Shown: one piece after another, positions 25,776-42,674 of the stretch | Layout of the letters: each line of letters opens with the position of its first letter | Position numbering within the stretch: position 1 is the stretch's first letter | Source: Adineta vaga | Lineage: Eukaryota; Animalia; Rotifera | Direction of reading: 5' to 3' | Length of the DNA stretch: 64,000 bases | Assembly: GCA_021613535.1 (NCBI GenBank) | Contig: CP075494.1 | Coordinates: 10,974,001-11,038,000, forward strand | Program-made: the position numbers and the translations under genes | Notes under the pieces: model-generated | Database searches by the model: none | Told to the model about the DNA's origin: nothing | Seen by the model: the letters and a program-made list of their open reading frames with translations, nothing else

Positions 25776-27254
25776 TTCATGTATAAAGTACTACTAATAA
25801 TAATAATAAATATTACAAAAAAAAAGTAAAAAATTCTGCTTATAAATAATATTTGCCTGTCATGCACAACACTACACATATACTTTATGCATAAGTACTG
25901 ACATATTTTAACATAATCAATTCTTTTTTACATCGTTGAAGTAAGTAGAAAAAGACAGATGAAAATTTTATTAATTCTATCGTACTTTTATTTATTAGTA
26001 GGAATGATAAAAAGGGAAACCAACTTTTTCTGTCTTCCTTCTTTTCTTTTACTCGATTTTGATCGATGAAAAGAATGCACCTAGATCTAATCGGATAATC
26101 CTTGACGTAATTAAATTGTGTTTGTCGTTTAATCATGACCATATGTCAATCTTTCATTTCTTGTCAGTATTCCTTTTTTTTCCTCAAATGCTCTTCGCTC
26201 TCGATATATATATATATATAGATATATGTACACAATTATTTCCAATATGCATGTGCTTCTAGCTGCTGCATGTTGTCCTTTGGGTATATATTTATGTGCA
26301 TCACGAACGACAACTTTTGATCTTTTTTTTCTCTTCTTCCTGTATTGAAGGATGGTAGTAGGAATAGTGGCCTTTTGTCTTTTTTTATCGATCGCGATTA
26401 ATTAAGTATCTTTTCTCTATCCAGATCGTGTGTGTAAATTGGACACTTGTAGTCGGGTGAAGAGAGTAACACGCATTTGCTATACACGCCGTCGACGACG
26501 ACTCGTGTGTTTTTCTTTTCCTGTATGTATATATATATATATACATGCAACCTTATCACTCGCCGGCAGCAGCCATACTGCCGACAAGATGGGGGCACGC
26601 CAGGTCACGACAACGACGACGATTATTTTCTTCTTCTCTTCTCTTCTCTTCATCGTCGTCGATTCTCTTTTTCCGATGTGACGCGCACTACTGCGTTTTC
26701 TCTCTATATCGTCGACTAATAGAAAATGATTAGAACATGTTCGTTGTTCATGCACCCTGTTGTGCTCTTGTAAGATAACATATTTTTCAACATTTCATCT
26801 CAATTTGTTCTTTTTCATGTATTACTACAGTCATCATTCAATCGTCAAGTGTTATTTTGATGAATATATTCGATTTACATATCTCGTTATGATATGTCAA
26901 TCGATAATTTTATCGTCAACAAACTATATATATTTTCTTTTTTTTTCTTCTTTATTTAACATGAATTTTGTTTTTTTTCTCTTGAATCTATTGACATTGT
27001 TATTTGTCGATTTCTTTTACTTTTACAGATGTTTATTCAACATCGCCATTGTGCACAACTAAATCGTTAAAATCATCAAAATTCATTCACATACAAATCT
27101 CAAATTTGCGAATAATAATTTACATCATTCACCAAAACAGCATCACGACGATCATCTATTCAACTCGAATAGTAGTAAAAAAAAAAAGAAATTTATTAGC
27201 GGCTCCGGTTCCGCTTTATCGAATACCGGCGAACAAGAAAAATTCTCTACAAAT

Positions 27255-30460
<3,206 letters not shown>

Positions 30461-31274
30461 GAATGAATATAATTAGAAGCAAACAAACAAACAAATAAAC
30501 CAATACATACATACATACATACATGAGAACATTGTCTCTCTTTATATATTTTCTCTGACCTATATCTCTATGTCTATACAGTGAGTTTGTTTTCTCTCTT
30601 GTCTCGGGTCAGATATTTCCATGTTGTTCAATGTTGATGTTGTTCTTGTCATTCTATTCTCTTCTTTACATATATTATTAAATATATATGTCAATGTTTA
30701 CTATATTTTGTAAATAATGTTTTGTATTGTGCATGTGTATAACTCTTCTTTTTTTTTCTCTCTCTCTCTCTGTCTCTCGTCTCCTTCTTCCCTGCTTGTG
30801 TTATGTGAAGATGGAAAAAAAAGACAAAAAAAAACCAAATCGTGACGCGGATATTGATGTTTGTCTTCTTTTTTTGTGTTTGTAATTTATCTCTTGCTAT
30901 GTGTATAACAAAGAAAGAAATATCTGATCTGACAAAAACAAAAGCGATAATAATCTGTTTTTTCTTTGTCTCCGTGATTTATTAATGAATATATGTTTCT
31001 CAAGAATGATTCGACAAACATTAATTTATCAAGCAAATTTATGGCTTAGGAAAACCTATAAAAATATTTCAAAACTAAGAGCGACATCCATAGAGATCGT
31101 TCTCGATTTGTGTGCATCAGCTGAGCAGTACATGATGATTCTGTTGTTTTAGAAAAACGAATACGCGAAAAACATGATGAGTGAGAATCTTAAGTAAATA
31201 ATAGAGAGAGATAATGATGCAACACATGTATAGTGTCTTTTCAGATTTCTTTTCTTTTGATATCTGCACACGAA

Positions 31275-32226
31275 ATGGCTGGACGAAAGAAAGTATTACT
31301 TAAAGTCATCATTTTAGGTAGAAATTTCGCATTGAATTGAATTGAATTCATCCATATCATATGTTTGATAGGTGATAGTGGTGTAGGAAAAACAAGTTTA
31401 ATGGGTCAATTTGTTTCACATAGATTTTCCAATCAATATAAAGCAACCATCGGAGCAGATTTTCTAACAAAAGAAGTTCAAATTGATGATCGACTTGTTA
31501 CAATGCAGGTAGATCATGTGAAATGACTTTTATTTGAGAAATATTTCTTTTTGTTTCCATTAGATATGGGATACTGCTGGTCAAGAACGTTTTCAAAGTT
31601 TAGGTGTTGCTTTTTATCGTGGTGCTGATTGTTGTGTACTTGTTTATGATGTAACACAAGCGAATTCATTTCGATCATTAGATAGTTGGCGAGATGAATT
31701 TCTTATTGTAAGTTTTTAATATCAGAAAAGATGAATTGATAATATACTCTTTTTCTGTAGCAAGCTGGTCCTCGGGATCCAGAAAATTTTCCATTTGTGG
31801 TATGTAGAATTTTTCTTTCAAGAAAAATGTTTCATATGTTTGAATTTAAATTCAGGTTATTGGAAATAAAGTTGATCTTGAAAATCGTGTGGTTCGTTTG
31901 ATTCCTTGTTTATTTGTCGTCTTTTTTATATTTCTAATTAAATCTATTTTTAGATTCAAACTCGTAAAGCACAAAGCTGGTGTGCAGGTACGATATATGA
32001 AAGTAGATTTTGAATTTATGTCGATGAATTTACTTTAGAAAAATCCAATGTACCCTATTTTGAAACATCCGCTAAAGATGGTATCAATGTTGAAAAAGCA
32101 TTTGAAACTGTTGCACGTAATGCATTAGCACGTGAAAGAGATATTGATCCAACACCGGACTTTCCAAAGCCGATTATTATTCCAAACGAAAACCAACCCA
32201 CCCAAACAAATGGTTGTCCATGCTAA
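31275..32226 (+). CDS. RAB7: Ras-related protein Rab7, multi-exon (missed by the ORF track)
   Basis: Spliced [72 protein letters not shown], with C-terminal CxC (GCPC*). Confidence 0.97.
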
Positions 32227-33830
32227 ATAACTAATAAATCAAAATACGATTATCAATCACGAAACGATACAAAGAAATGTTTTCTTTTTCATTTTTTAAT
32301 AATAATAATATCTTTATATAAAAAAAATAAGAAAATTCGAAGATATTCATACGTATAATCTTTTACTTGTTTTTACTGACTTAATGTCATTTTCGATATG
32401 ATGAGACAGATGATAAGACATATGATAAATGCCTTGTCATTATCATCTGAATAATAGACAAAAATGCATGTAAATATAATGATTCAATTCGATGTTTGTT
32501 TACATGATTTTATGAATGAATAGATTTCTAAATTTTAATTGTTTCATTTTCGAATTATGAGATTCGATAATTCGAATAAAAGAAAGTTCAAACATCTTGC
32601 AAAATGAATATAAAGATAGCTTCATCGTTTTTCTTCTTATTAACAACATGAGAAATTCAATAAGATCATTTAGTTCGGTATGTCGATATGAAGGTAAATC
32701 ATTCCAGACTTCCAACATTTGAATATGACATTTGAAGAAACAAATTAAACGTAAGTTATATAATATAGTTCTAAATTGTCACTCATTATAGAAAATGGGA
32801 CATATGTATTGCTCGGGTTACCGTAACATTTGATTATAGGTACTGATTATTTATTTTTCCTCCTCGTTCGAATGGACATAAAATAATAAATGCGTATTTT
32901 TATTCATCAAAACATCCACCTAGTGTATTGAAAATGATTGTGTTTGCCAATAAATAGCATTAAAAAAAGTAGTTTCTACAGGTAGTATACATCATCGCCG
33001 AAAACATTGCATGTTATTTTGACGATGACAGTTTATTCATTCTTCTCACAGTAGTATTTTCTTTTCATATAATGTAATTTTTTGTCAGATTTTAATCGAA
33101 ACATTTCTTTTTCTTTTGATGGAAAGACGTAAATCTGTACATGAATTAAAAAGTAAATATGGCATGCTCCTCGTGATGCTGATTGATGTCTGTTAGTGAT
33201 GTAAATAACCTTATATAAAGAGTAATGTTTTTTGGTAGATTAGGGTCATTTATAACGCGTTGCCCTTCTTGAATGTTTCAATTATCAACAATTACCTGAG
33301 TTTTTCTATTTAATGTATGAATTTCATTTCTTTTCTAAGATTTTGCATCGTATCTATCGAAAAGTAAGCAAAAACTGAGATGAATTTATATGAAGTATTT
33401 TATTTGATGTAGAAGCTACAGAGATATAGCGGCTAATAGCTTTTCTGAAAAGAAATAACGTATAAAAGTACTGTTCAGCTTTTATTTTTTTCGTTTTTCT
33501 TCGTCATGAAAATTTTCTTGAGCTTCATTGAAGTAAACTTCGTACGTCTTCATTTTAGATGTACTCTGAAGAAATGTTATTATACAAGCTATGCAGTATT
33601 TGACGAAAGATCATCTATACGTAAATTTATAATGCTTAACTATTCTTGACTTATACATTCTTTGATTTTATGATGTAGTCAATATTTCACTTCCATCATA
33701 TTCAAATAATATCTCGATGAAGACATATTTATTCATCAAATCATTACCATTCAAATATTCCTTCAATTTCAATATAAAATCTGTTCATATTTTTTTCTTC
33801 AGATAACAATAATTAATCAAGTCATTGTAC

Positions 33831-36800
33831 ATGGCAGACATTCAAGTAGATTTCACGAATGTGTCACAGAATTCACCACCACAACGGACCGTTGAACACG
33901 CATCACCTGGCGGTAGAAATCCCAATGCACAAAAATACAAGACAAATCGGTTAGTTCTTTTTTTTTCTTAAACCAGATAGATTCATGTCTTTCTGCAATG
34001 CGTAATTAGATCGTGTCTTGACAGACTTAATTTTCTCGGTCATTTTCATTTAAAAAGAAACTCGATATTTTTGAATGTGGACAAATATCAATATCTATAG
34101 CAATTGTAGAGAATAGTTTTAATAATGTATTTATTTTTAATTTGAAAAGGAATGAAGAGGAAGCTTCCGATGTCAAAAAACCGATGTATAAATGGCTTAT
34201 CATTGGATTGGCGATTGCTTTAGCAATAATTATAGTAGTACTTGTTATTGTTCTTCCCGTGGTTTTAACAAGAAAATCAAGTTCCTCAGGTACGACCTAT
34301 ACACATTTTTTTATCCGTTTACAACTCTTTACTTACATTGCTAAAAGAAATTTTTTACTGATAATTGTTAGTGTGTATAAGAATGAAGACATACATCAAT
34401 TGAATAAGATTTGTTCAGTAAAGCACGAAAAATCGATTTGGATTGATGACCATCATTTCTAATTATTTCTAGAAAGCGGAACATCTCAAACAACAACAAC
34501 AACACAACCAATCATTACGAAATGTCAATCAATTTTAACAAAAAGTAAGCTATATTTTTATTTTTCTTCAGATTATCGGGCCATCTAATTGTATATATTT
34601 CATCTAACAATCATCGCTTTCTCTTGTTTACTTGATAATAAAGCTGGATACTTTGCTAAAATTTTGTAGACTTTGCCAAAACAGTTGAACTACCATCAGT
34701 TAAAGATCAACAGAAAAAAGTCAAAATGGCATCAATTCCAGAAGGAATCAAAAGCAGTATGGTGATCAAAAACACTTATCTGATTGAGTTTGCTCCTGAT
34801 GCTGCTGTAAAAAACCAATTTCGTACAATTACGAAGTCTTTACAATTATCCCATGATATCGATCCATCCTCAGTAAAGATACGACGTTCTATTGAATCAT
34901 CATTATTTTCTGGAATATCATTTACTGTTGATCAAGATCATCCTATCGAAGCAATTGAAAGTATAGAAGGCGCCATTGCTATCTATCCAATTTACACAGT
35001 CTATGCTCCAAAACCTGTCAAAGTTTTTAGTTTTGATGAACTGTATACTACTGGTACTGATTCGATCAATTCATACAATTTGACAGGTGTTAATTATGTA
35101 CATGAACAGTTCAAGAACTATGGTGCAGGTGTCAAGGTAAATAAATCAGAGAATTCGACGTCTTCATTATAATCGTAATGACAAACTAACTTTCAAAAAT
35201 CTCTTCTTAGATATAACGAACAAATGTTGCAGAATTTGTTCGTTATTCTTTTCTAAACTGTACAAAGTAATTCAATATCTATATTTATTGTGTAGGTGGC
35301 TGTTATTGACTCGGGCGTTTACTATTTGCATCCCGCACTCGGAGGCTGTTTTGGACCAGGATGTAAAGTTTCCTTTGGTTATGGTAGTATTGCTACGGAT
35401 CTTCATAAAAAGTATGCTCATATATATGTATTATATTTCTAGATCTTATTGGAGATAGCTATAGTAGCACTAATCCAGTTGTCTTGCCCGATGATGATCC
35501 ATTGGATAATTGTTCGAGCAATTCTCACGGTACTTGTTTCTTTATTTCAGTTTTCATTATTAATTTCATACTTTTGCTCGTATAAATATCATACATAGGA
35601 ACCCATGTTGCTGGAATTATCGCCGCAAATGCTACTGGAATTACAGATATTTATTTCAGTTCTTATGTACCTTTCATTGGTGTTGCTCCACAAGTTAAAA
35701 TCGGTGCCTGTAAGAATGTCTGATGTTTTTGTTCTACAGCCCATTTTCATTTGTTTATTATTTTATTTGTGTACAGATCGTGTATTTAGTTGCAGCGGTA
35801 GCACATCATCAGGTATGTGTCGATCAATATCCCTTGTGATCGTTTTTTGTGTTTATTACACAATTTTACTATTCATCTGTAGATACAATTACCGAAGCAA
35901 TTTACCGTGCTTATAACGACAAAGTCGATATTAGTAAGTACAACCATATGATATTCGAGAAAGATTCCGATAAACTGTGATCATTGTCATATAATTATAT
36001 ACGTATTTCGAAATATTGAACTAAAAATCATTCCAATTTCTTATGCTTGAAAACTATTCATATAATAATTATCAATCCAACAGTGATTTCGCTTTGTAAT
36101 ATTGTATCAATTGAGTCAGAGTTATTTCTCAAAATAGAAAGCATTACATAAGTTAGTTTTATCTGAATTGATATAATGTTTGATAGTTCTATTTTGATGA
36201 ATGTGAAAACCGGTTCCTCTATGTTTAGTAAACTTATCTCTTGGCGGTCCTGGTCCGTATCCAGAAACATCTGATTCAGTGGCTATCCAACGAGTAACGG
36301 ATGCTGGAGGTATGGAGTTCTTTCTTTAATACAGTTTTCAAGTACGATTTTTCATTAATAGTATATGTGGTAGTGTCGGCAGGTAACAGCGGAGATGGTG
36401 GCATACAGACAACCGGTGATCCATCCAATTCGCCAGCTGCAATGTGTATCTGCTCCATTGAAAACAAATACACTCTGATGACTAATAGTTCAATTATCGT
36501 TACACCTAATGGTAGTAGAATTCTATATCAACCAGGATTGAATTACGGTGGATGGAAATCAATTGTTAATTCGACGATTGTTGTGAATGGTTAGTTGAAA
36601 ATATATCAGTGTAATTCTTGACTTGATCATCATATTTAGATGCGAATAGATCTATTAATGATGGTTGTTCTGGTCCATCAAAATCAGTTTTGGGAGCTGT
36701 TGTTTTATTTTCTTATAACTCTGACGATGTATGCAGTGCTGCCACTCGATGTAATCAAGCATCAGCTCGAGGCGCAATAGGTTGTCTTTTGTATAATGCT

Positions 36801-39352
36801 GCCGATATTGAAGGTCTCACTTCTTCTGATAAATTTCTTTTGCTAAAAAAATCATATTCTTTCAGGAGCAACAAATATTCCAAGTGGAAGTATCAGTTTG
36901 ATCGATGGATTAAATATTATTGCAAGTGTCGCTGCAAATTCTTCTACTATTTACATGTTCACTAATTGGGTCGAGCCCAACTTAGTGGTAAGGCCTCTAA
37001 ATTTTAATATCATAATTCTTAATATAGCATAACAAAACCTCACTGGTTTTTCCACAATACATCTGTTAAACGTAGAACGATATCAAGAAATAAAAATATT
37101 CCGACAGAATTATCCTGTACGAAGATTTCATAAAGAAAAGTTAAACTATAGATATAGGATATGAGATATAGTAGAAGAAAATGTTCGCGTAAATTGGTTT
37201 TACCTTTTTTTTCATTTATAGAACACCGCTGGAACAGTTTCTTCTTTCTCATCAATCGGACCAACAGGAGATCTCTTCTTGAAACCTCAAATGTGCGGTA
37301 TAGGTGGAAAAGTTTATTCAACCGTCTCGCCTATTGCTGCACAATCTGAAGGTGTATCAAGAGCGTATGCTTTTTATGATGGCACAAGTATGGCAGCACC
37401 TTATGTCTCCGGGTATATATTCTATCATATTATTAATATCAATTACATATTAGTTTTCGTCTATTTTTTTATCTATTCAACGTAGCGTAGACTTACTCTG
37501 AGACTCTGAACTGATATGACTATAATCTCTGATTCCAACTATCATGTTTCGAATTTAAAAAGAATACTACAATCTAGATCAAAGGGAGCATCTTTTAGAA
37601 TTTTTGAGCGTTCAAGTGTACAATTATTAACAATACTAAGCTAGCTGAAGTTTTGAGAAGAGTCCCGTATTTAAGAAGAAATTGAACTTTAATAGACTGT
37701 TTACAGAATTAAATAGATTATTATATCTTTGTAATTCATTGTCGTAATTTTCTTCAAAAGAATATATGATTACTAGAAAAAAGCAGTCTATCTTTTTCAA
37801 TAATGCTTTGGTTTCTTTTTTTTTATAGAACTTTGGCACTTTTTCTTGCAAGTATTGGAAATCCTCTTCCAAAAACGGCTAGTGGTATTTCTGCCGATGG
37901 AATTTGTCGACCACCATTTTCGCTAGCTATGAACATCTTTCAATCATCTGCCAAAATTGTAAACAACTATCAATCTACTCTTATTAGTAGTGCTATTCAA
38001 CAAGGTTCTGGATTAATCGATATTCGTCGTGCTATCACAGCCACTACTGTACTATCACCAAGTGAACTCTCATTGAATGATACAGTGCGAAAAGCTTCCT
38101 CGTATACAGTGAAAGTTTTTAATATTGGTACTACGACAGTTTCATATAAAGTTACTCATGTTGGTGCTGCTTTAGCTACTGGAAAGGACCTTGATGATGA
38201 TCAACTTTTAACTGCAATAAATTTACGATATTCATCAGATTATGCTGTAAGTTTCATTAAAAAACAAACGCTAATTCATAAATACTTATATCGTTTACAT
38301 CCAAAAACGTTTAAAATAGTATAGTCGTTTGCAAATAAATTCAAGAGAGGTTTATAAACATTCGTCGCTTGATTCGATAATCAATTAATTATATAGAGTC
38401 TCTAGATTTTGTTATTTTTCTTATATGTAGAATGTCACAATTGACCCAACTAGTTTTGAACTTCAATCTGAACAATCACGTGAAATCACACTTCGATTCA
38501 CACCACCTAGTACAGTGAATTCAGCACTTTTACCAATTTATTCCGGTTTCATATACGTAACCAATCAAGTCAATGGCGATGTTGTTCATTTACCATGTAA
38601 TAATGTTTTTTTTTTCTAAACTTTACTTTAATTTTCATCTTATGCATATCTATTTATATTCATTTTAGATATAGGTGTTATTGGTAACTATGGCAATGCT
38701 AGTATTATTGTTCGGACAACTTCGACTGACATTAAAACAGGAGTTTTAGACAATACTACTGCATACATAACAGATGAAGTACAATCAACTTTGAACGCGA
38801 GAGAAGGAATTAAATTTGTAATAGTAACAGCATGGTCGAGCCGTCGAATGATAGTAGAGGTTATTTCGGTAAATGACACCAGTTTACCTGGTCAAAGTCC
38901 AAGGTAATATTTAGTTTTACAACCTTATTAATATATACGAGAAGTCCGTAGAGAAAGGAGATAAAGACGATCGTTTTTGAAATTTTCAAAAAAACAAAAA
39001 TTCATATGATGTTATCTAAGAAGCATTGTTTAATAGGTTATGTTTCGATTTTTTTCGTTGTAGTTTGGGAATCTTACGTATTGAAGCAGAAAATAACTTA
39101 TTTGTCGCTACGAATGGACCGAGAAATACAGGTGTTGCAACTCAAACATTTAGTGATAGAGACATATACACTTGGTATGGTTATGTATGTGCAGCAGACT
39201 CGTTAGTTAGTTGCTTAAATGGAACAATATCTGCAATTCCTCAAGGCCAATATCGGATTCGAATTTCAGCGTTAAAACATTTTGGAAATGCTACGAATCC
39301 TAATGATTATGATGTTTATCGTTCACCATCCTTCTTTCTTACATATGAATAA
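33831..39352 (+). CDS. Subtilisin-family S8 protease of fungal/bacterial Vpr/C5a-peptidase type (S8 + PA insert + Fn3-like domain) with an N-terminal type II TM anchor, ~18 exons
   Basis: Catalytic triad motifs VAVIDSG, SHGTHVAGIIAA, GTSMAAP; oxyanion-hole SAGNSG; LHPALGGCFGPGCKVSFGYDLIGD; LKPQMCGIGG; QQGSGLID; SPSELSLND; C-terminal GQYRIRISALKHFG. Confidence 0.92.
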
Positions 39353-39899
39353 TCTATCATACATAACAGTGACTCTTTTGTTTTCTTCGATAAACTGAGT
39401 CGAATTTTTGCTCATTCTATCAGAAAATCTTTCTCATAATTTTATTCTTTTTATAACAGTTATACTAATCCTTATTAATATTTTTTTCCTCACTTAAAAT
39501 ACTCATTTTTAGTTTTATATTTTTTTTTCTAAACAAAAATTATAGTATTATTAACGAACAATTGTGATACGAGTGAATTTTTGAAAATAGTATCTGTTCT
39601 TTCAAGTATTATCAAAATTTTTCTCGCTTTTCACACTAGTAATCTGTATTATTTCATTGTATTTTGTACTAATAAAATCGAAACAAAATTTTTCAAGCAC
39701 CTTATTTACTTTAGTGTAGTGGTGTTTTAATTTTTAATATCTATTATATAATAAGAGAGATGTATTATCTACGTAGTTTATACTTTGGTTTTTCCTTTTT
39801 CAATCAACAAATAACATCGCTATCTTCCAAAGAAATGCTAACAAATATAACAGTTTCCTTAGAAACATTGAAATAAATTATTGCAATAAAGTAACACTC

Positions 39900-39937
39900 C
39901 AGTGGCGCAATCAGGGGGAGGCGAATGGGCGATTGCT
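39900..39937 (+). mobile_element. Possible solo terminal sequence of an hAT-type DNA transposon/MITE
   Basis: Isolated GC-rich CAGTGGCGCAATCAGGGGGAGGCGAATGGGCGATTGC in AT-rich DNA. The CAGTGGCG..GGGGG start resembles hAT TIRs. No partner TIR seen. Confidence 0.35.
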
Positions 39938-42341
39938 CATTCAAATTTTACTTGTTGAAATTGATACATGGTTTTATCAGTTAGATAGCAGCTATATTTT
40001 TTTCGTCTTTCATTTTACATTTTTCTTTCTTGGAAAACATTACGCTGAAAACAAGTCTTTTTTATTGACAACGTCAGTTCTTGTCTTTGTTCAAGTCCAA
40101 ACATGGACCAGAACTTTTACAGCCAATTCAACATCTGATAGAACCGTTTGTTGCTGTTTGAATGATCGAATAGTAGTTACCCATCCTGCAGCAAACAACT
40201 TAACCGTCACATCAAGTGTCAAGGGATGTTTTATTAGTTTTACGTTCTCATAATATAAAACTAAATATGGCATGCAAAATAAAAATCATTGTTTCTCGTG
40301 TGAGATCAAAAACTCACCTCTAATGTCATTGTCTCGACATCGATCATGTAAAAAAAGTAATCTTTATTTATCCTCATGAGAACAAAAAACAAACTTTCTT
40401 GTTTTCTTGAGTTGATCTTAAATTCTTTTACAAAGTAAGTGAAGATTATATTTATTTACACTTCACGTAAATCTATACTTGAAGATAAAAGGATTAATAT
40501 TGAGGAACATTAATGTGTGATATCACACTTTTGACAAGTACGATGACGATGATGATGAGAAAGGCGGTATCTTGAACAAATAGAAAATATTATTCATCGA
40601 TAGAAACACGTCTTCTATGTTTATGATAACACCTTCGCAATTGATCAACTCTTCCTAGAGAATATAGCATATCAATGATAAACGATCGATCGTTTGGGTT
40701 TTGCTCGTATAATCTTCTTATCCTAAAGAAACATTTCAATGATGAATACTTTCTTCTCTTGATCTTTTTTCTTCGACCGTCGAAGACATCGATCGTTAAT
40801 CATCGAGCAAGGTACTAACAAAGATGATAAGTATACTGAATGTTGATAGATGTTGAAGAATGTCGTAATGGCAATCTTATTTTACTTATTCTATTCAAGG
40901 TGTTTAGATGTCCATTCAAGTGAACATCTGATTATATGATTGAAAATGAATGTCGGCACTCAAACAAACTAAAGAGAGTAAAAGCAAGAAAAGAAGGAAA
41001 TTTAAATCGGATGTAAAAACGCTCCTGCCGACGTTAATCAAGTGGAAACATAAGAAGAGGATGCACTTTGAAATTGAGACGGTAATGAAAATACTTGCAC
41101 ACCTAATCCGATTGAAATCCTGTCAGTTGAATGAATGAATGAATGAATAAATAATTGTAAAACAAAACAAAACAAAATCTGGCATAATTTCCCAAGGTCT
41201 ATTTTTCTTTAAAGAAATAATGTTGATTCAGGCGCTGCATTTTTACTATTGATCAACATACAGAAAAACAACAGAACAAATGGAATGAAAGGGCGATCGT
41301 GTGTATGTATAGTTAGCCTCTGTTTTATCTTTTACCGCCTGTCATGATTGGCCTTCTTTCGTTATGATCATAGTGAAAGGCGTGATTGGAACCGCCTGTT
41401 CGAAGATATATACAGACAAAACGAATGAACGGTTAGTTATATAGACAAGTGGTAGGAGAGAACAAGGCATGTGATATATATCAGACCTCCTGCTAACCGG
41501 ACAAATCAAACCATTGATCATAATGATTTAACCGACATCGAGTAAACTAATTGTATTGTTGATGATGATCAGCAAGGCAGCAGGACAGGCTAAATGAACT
41601 TTTACTTCTTTCATCCATAATGAAAAATCACGTATCCGTCTAATTTAGTTTGTCAAGACAAAAAAAGCTATTCTCCACCAATTTATAGTTCACACTTTTC
41701 ATGTGCATGCGTGCATCATTTGACTTTTCTTTAAATATACAGTGAGATATGACGGCCAATCATTTTGGCCTGGTGCACGTGTGAAAAGGTAATAATGATG
41801 ATAATGGGCTTGACAGAAATGTGTAAGCGGTCAATAAAAATATGACATTGAAGAAGATCGGTCTAACTTTAAAGTGTGTGTGCTTATGCCCATATTCACA
41901 ATGCACATGTGTCAAATGGATTCGTTTGAAGATCATATTAGTACCGACTATGATTTGACATGCAAGTGACACCATTCATATTGATAATTATAGATCCTCA
42001 AATTGCATACTCATGCATTGAATCTATGTGAATAAAAACATAAAATAACTGTCGTATTCAAATAGACTACAACAAATTAGTAGAATATTTCGATGAAAAT
42101 TTTATGTATCTTATCCTCTTTTGCTCAGATATATCTCTATGTCGGCAATAATATTTGATGAAATCAAATTACTTTTTCAACAACATAAAAAAGGCGAAAG
42201 AATAAGATTTGTCGATTCAATTATTCTGTATACATAAAGACGATAATCTTCCCGACGACTGATTATTTGAATCAACATATCGGACAGATTTAAAGAGACG
42301 AAAAAGGATCGGTTTGAGATTAAGTTTTCTCTTTTCTTTTT

Positions 42342-42568
42342 CTTTGATCGACACCGCCCATTTTTTTCGTGTTTTCTCTCTCAATCAAACAAAAGCAACT
42401 GAATACATGTTTTCATTGGTTCATATCTCCTTCTGTCCTTAGAAGTAACCAATGAGAATCTGATTAGAAAGAGAGGAATGACCATCGATACATAAAGAAA
42501 AAGCAAAAGCGGTAAGGGTTAAAAGAAGGAAGAAAGTGAATGGCATAGTGTCAAAGGCGGAGTCAAAG
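42342..42568 (+). promoter_or_regulatory. Putative Sp5 proximal promoter with TCF/LEF-like sites, GC boxes and CCAAT boxes
   Basis: CTTTGAT 42342-48 next to ACCGCCC 42353-59; GTCAAAG-GCGGA-GTCAAAG 42550-68; ATTGG and CCAAT near 42415 and 42449. Confidence 0.4.
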
Positions 42569-42674
42569 ATAGATACATACGGTGAAACGAGAGAAATAGG
42601 AACGAGCAAAACGAGAAAGAGAGAAAATACATCTTAACGGTATATACATTCAATCGAATTATCGAGTGAATAGC

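Noticed and set aside
22100-27250. Many short ORFs between PNUTS and Groucho
   Set aside because: Low-complexity F/I/L/Y-rich translations of AT-rich divergent promoter/UTR DNA, with no motifs or consistent splicing.
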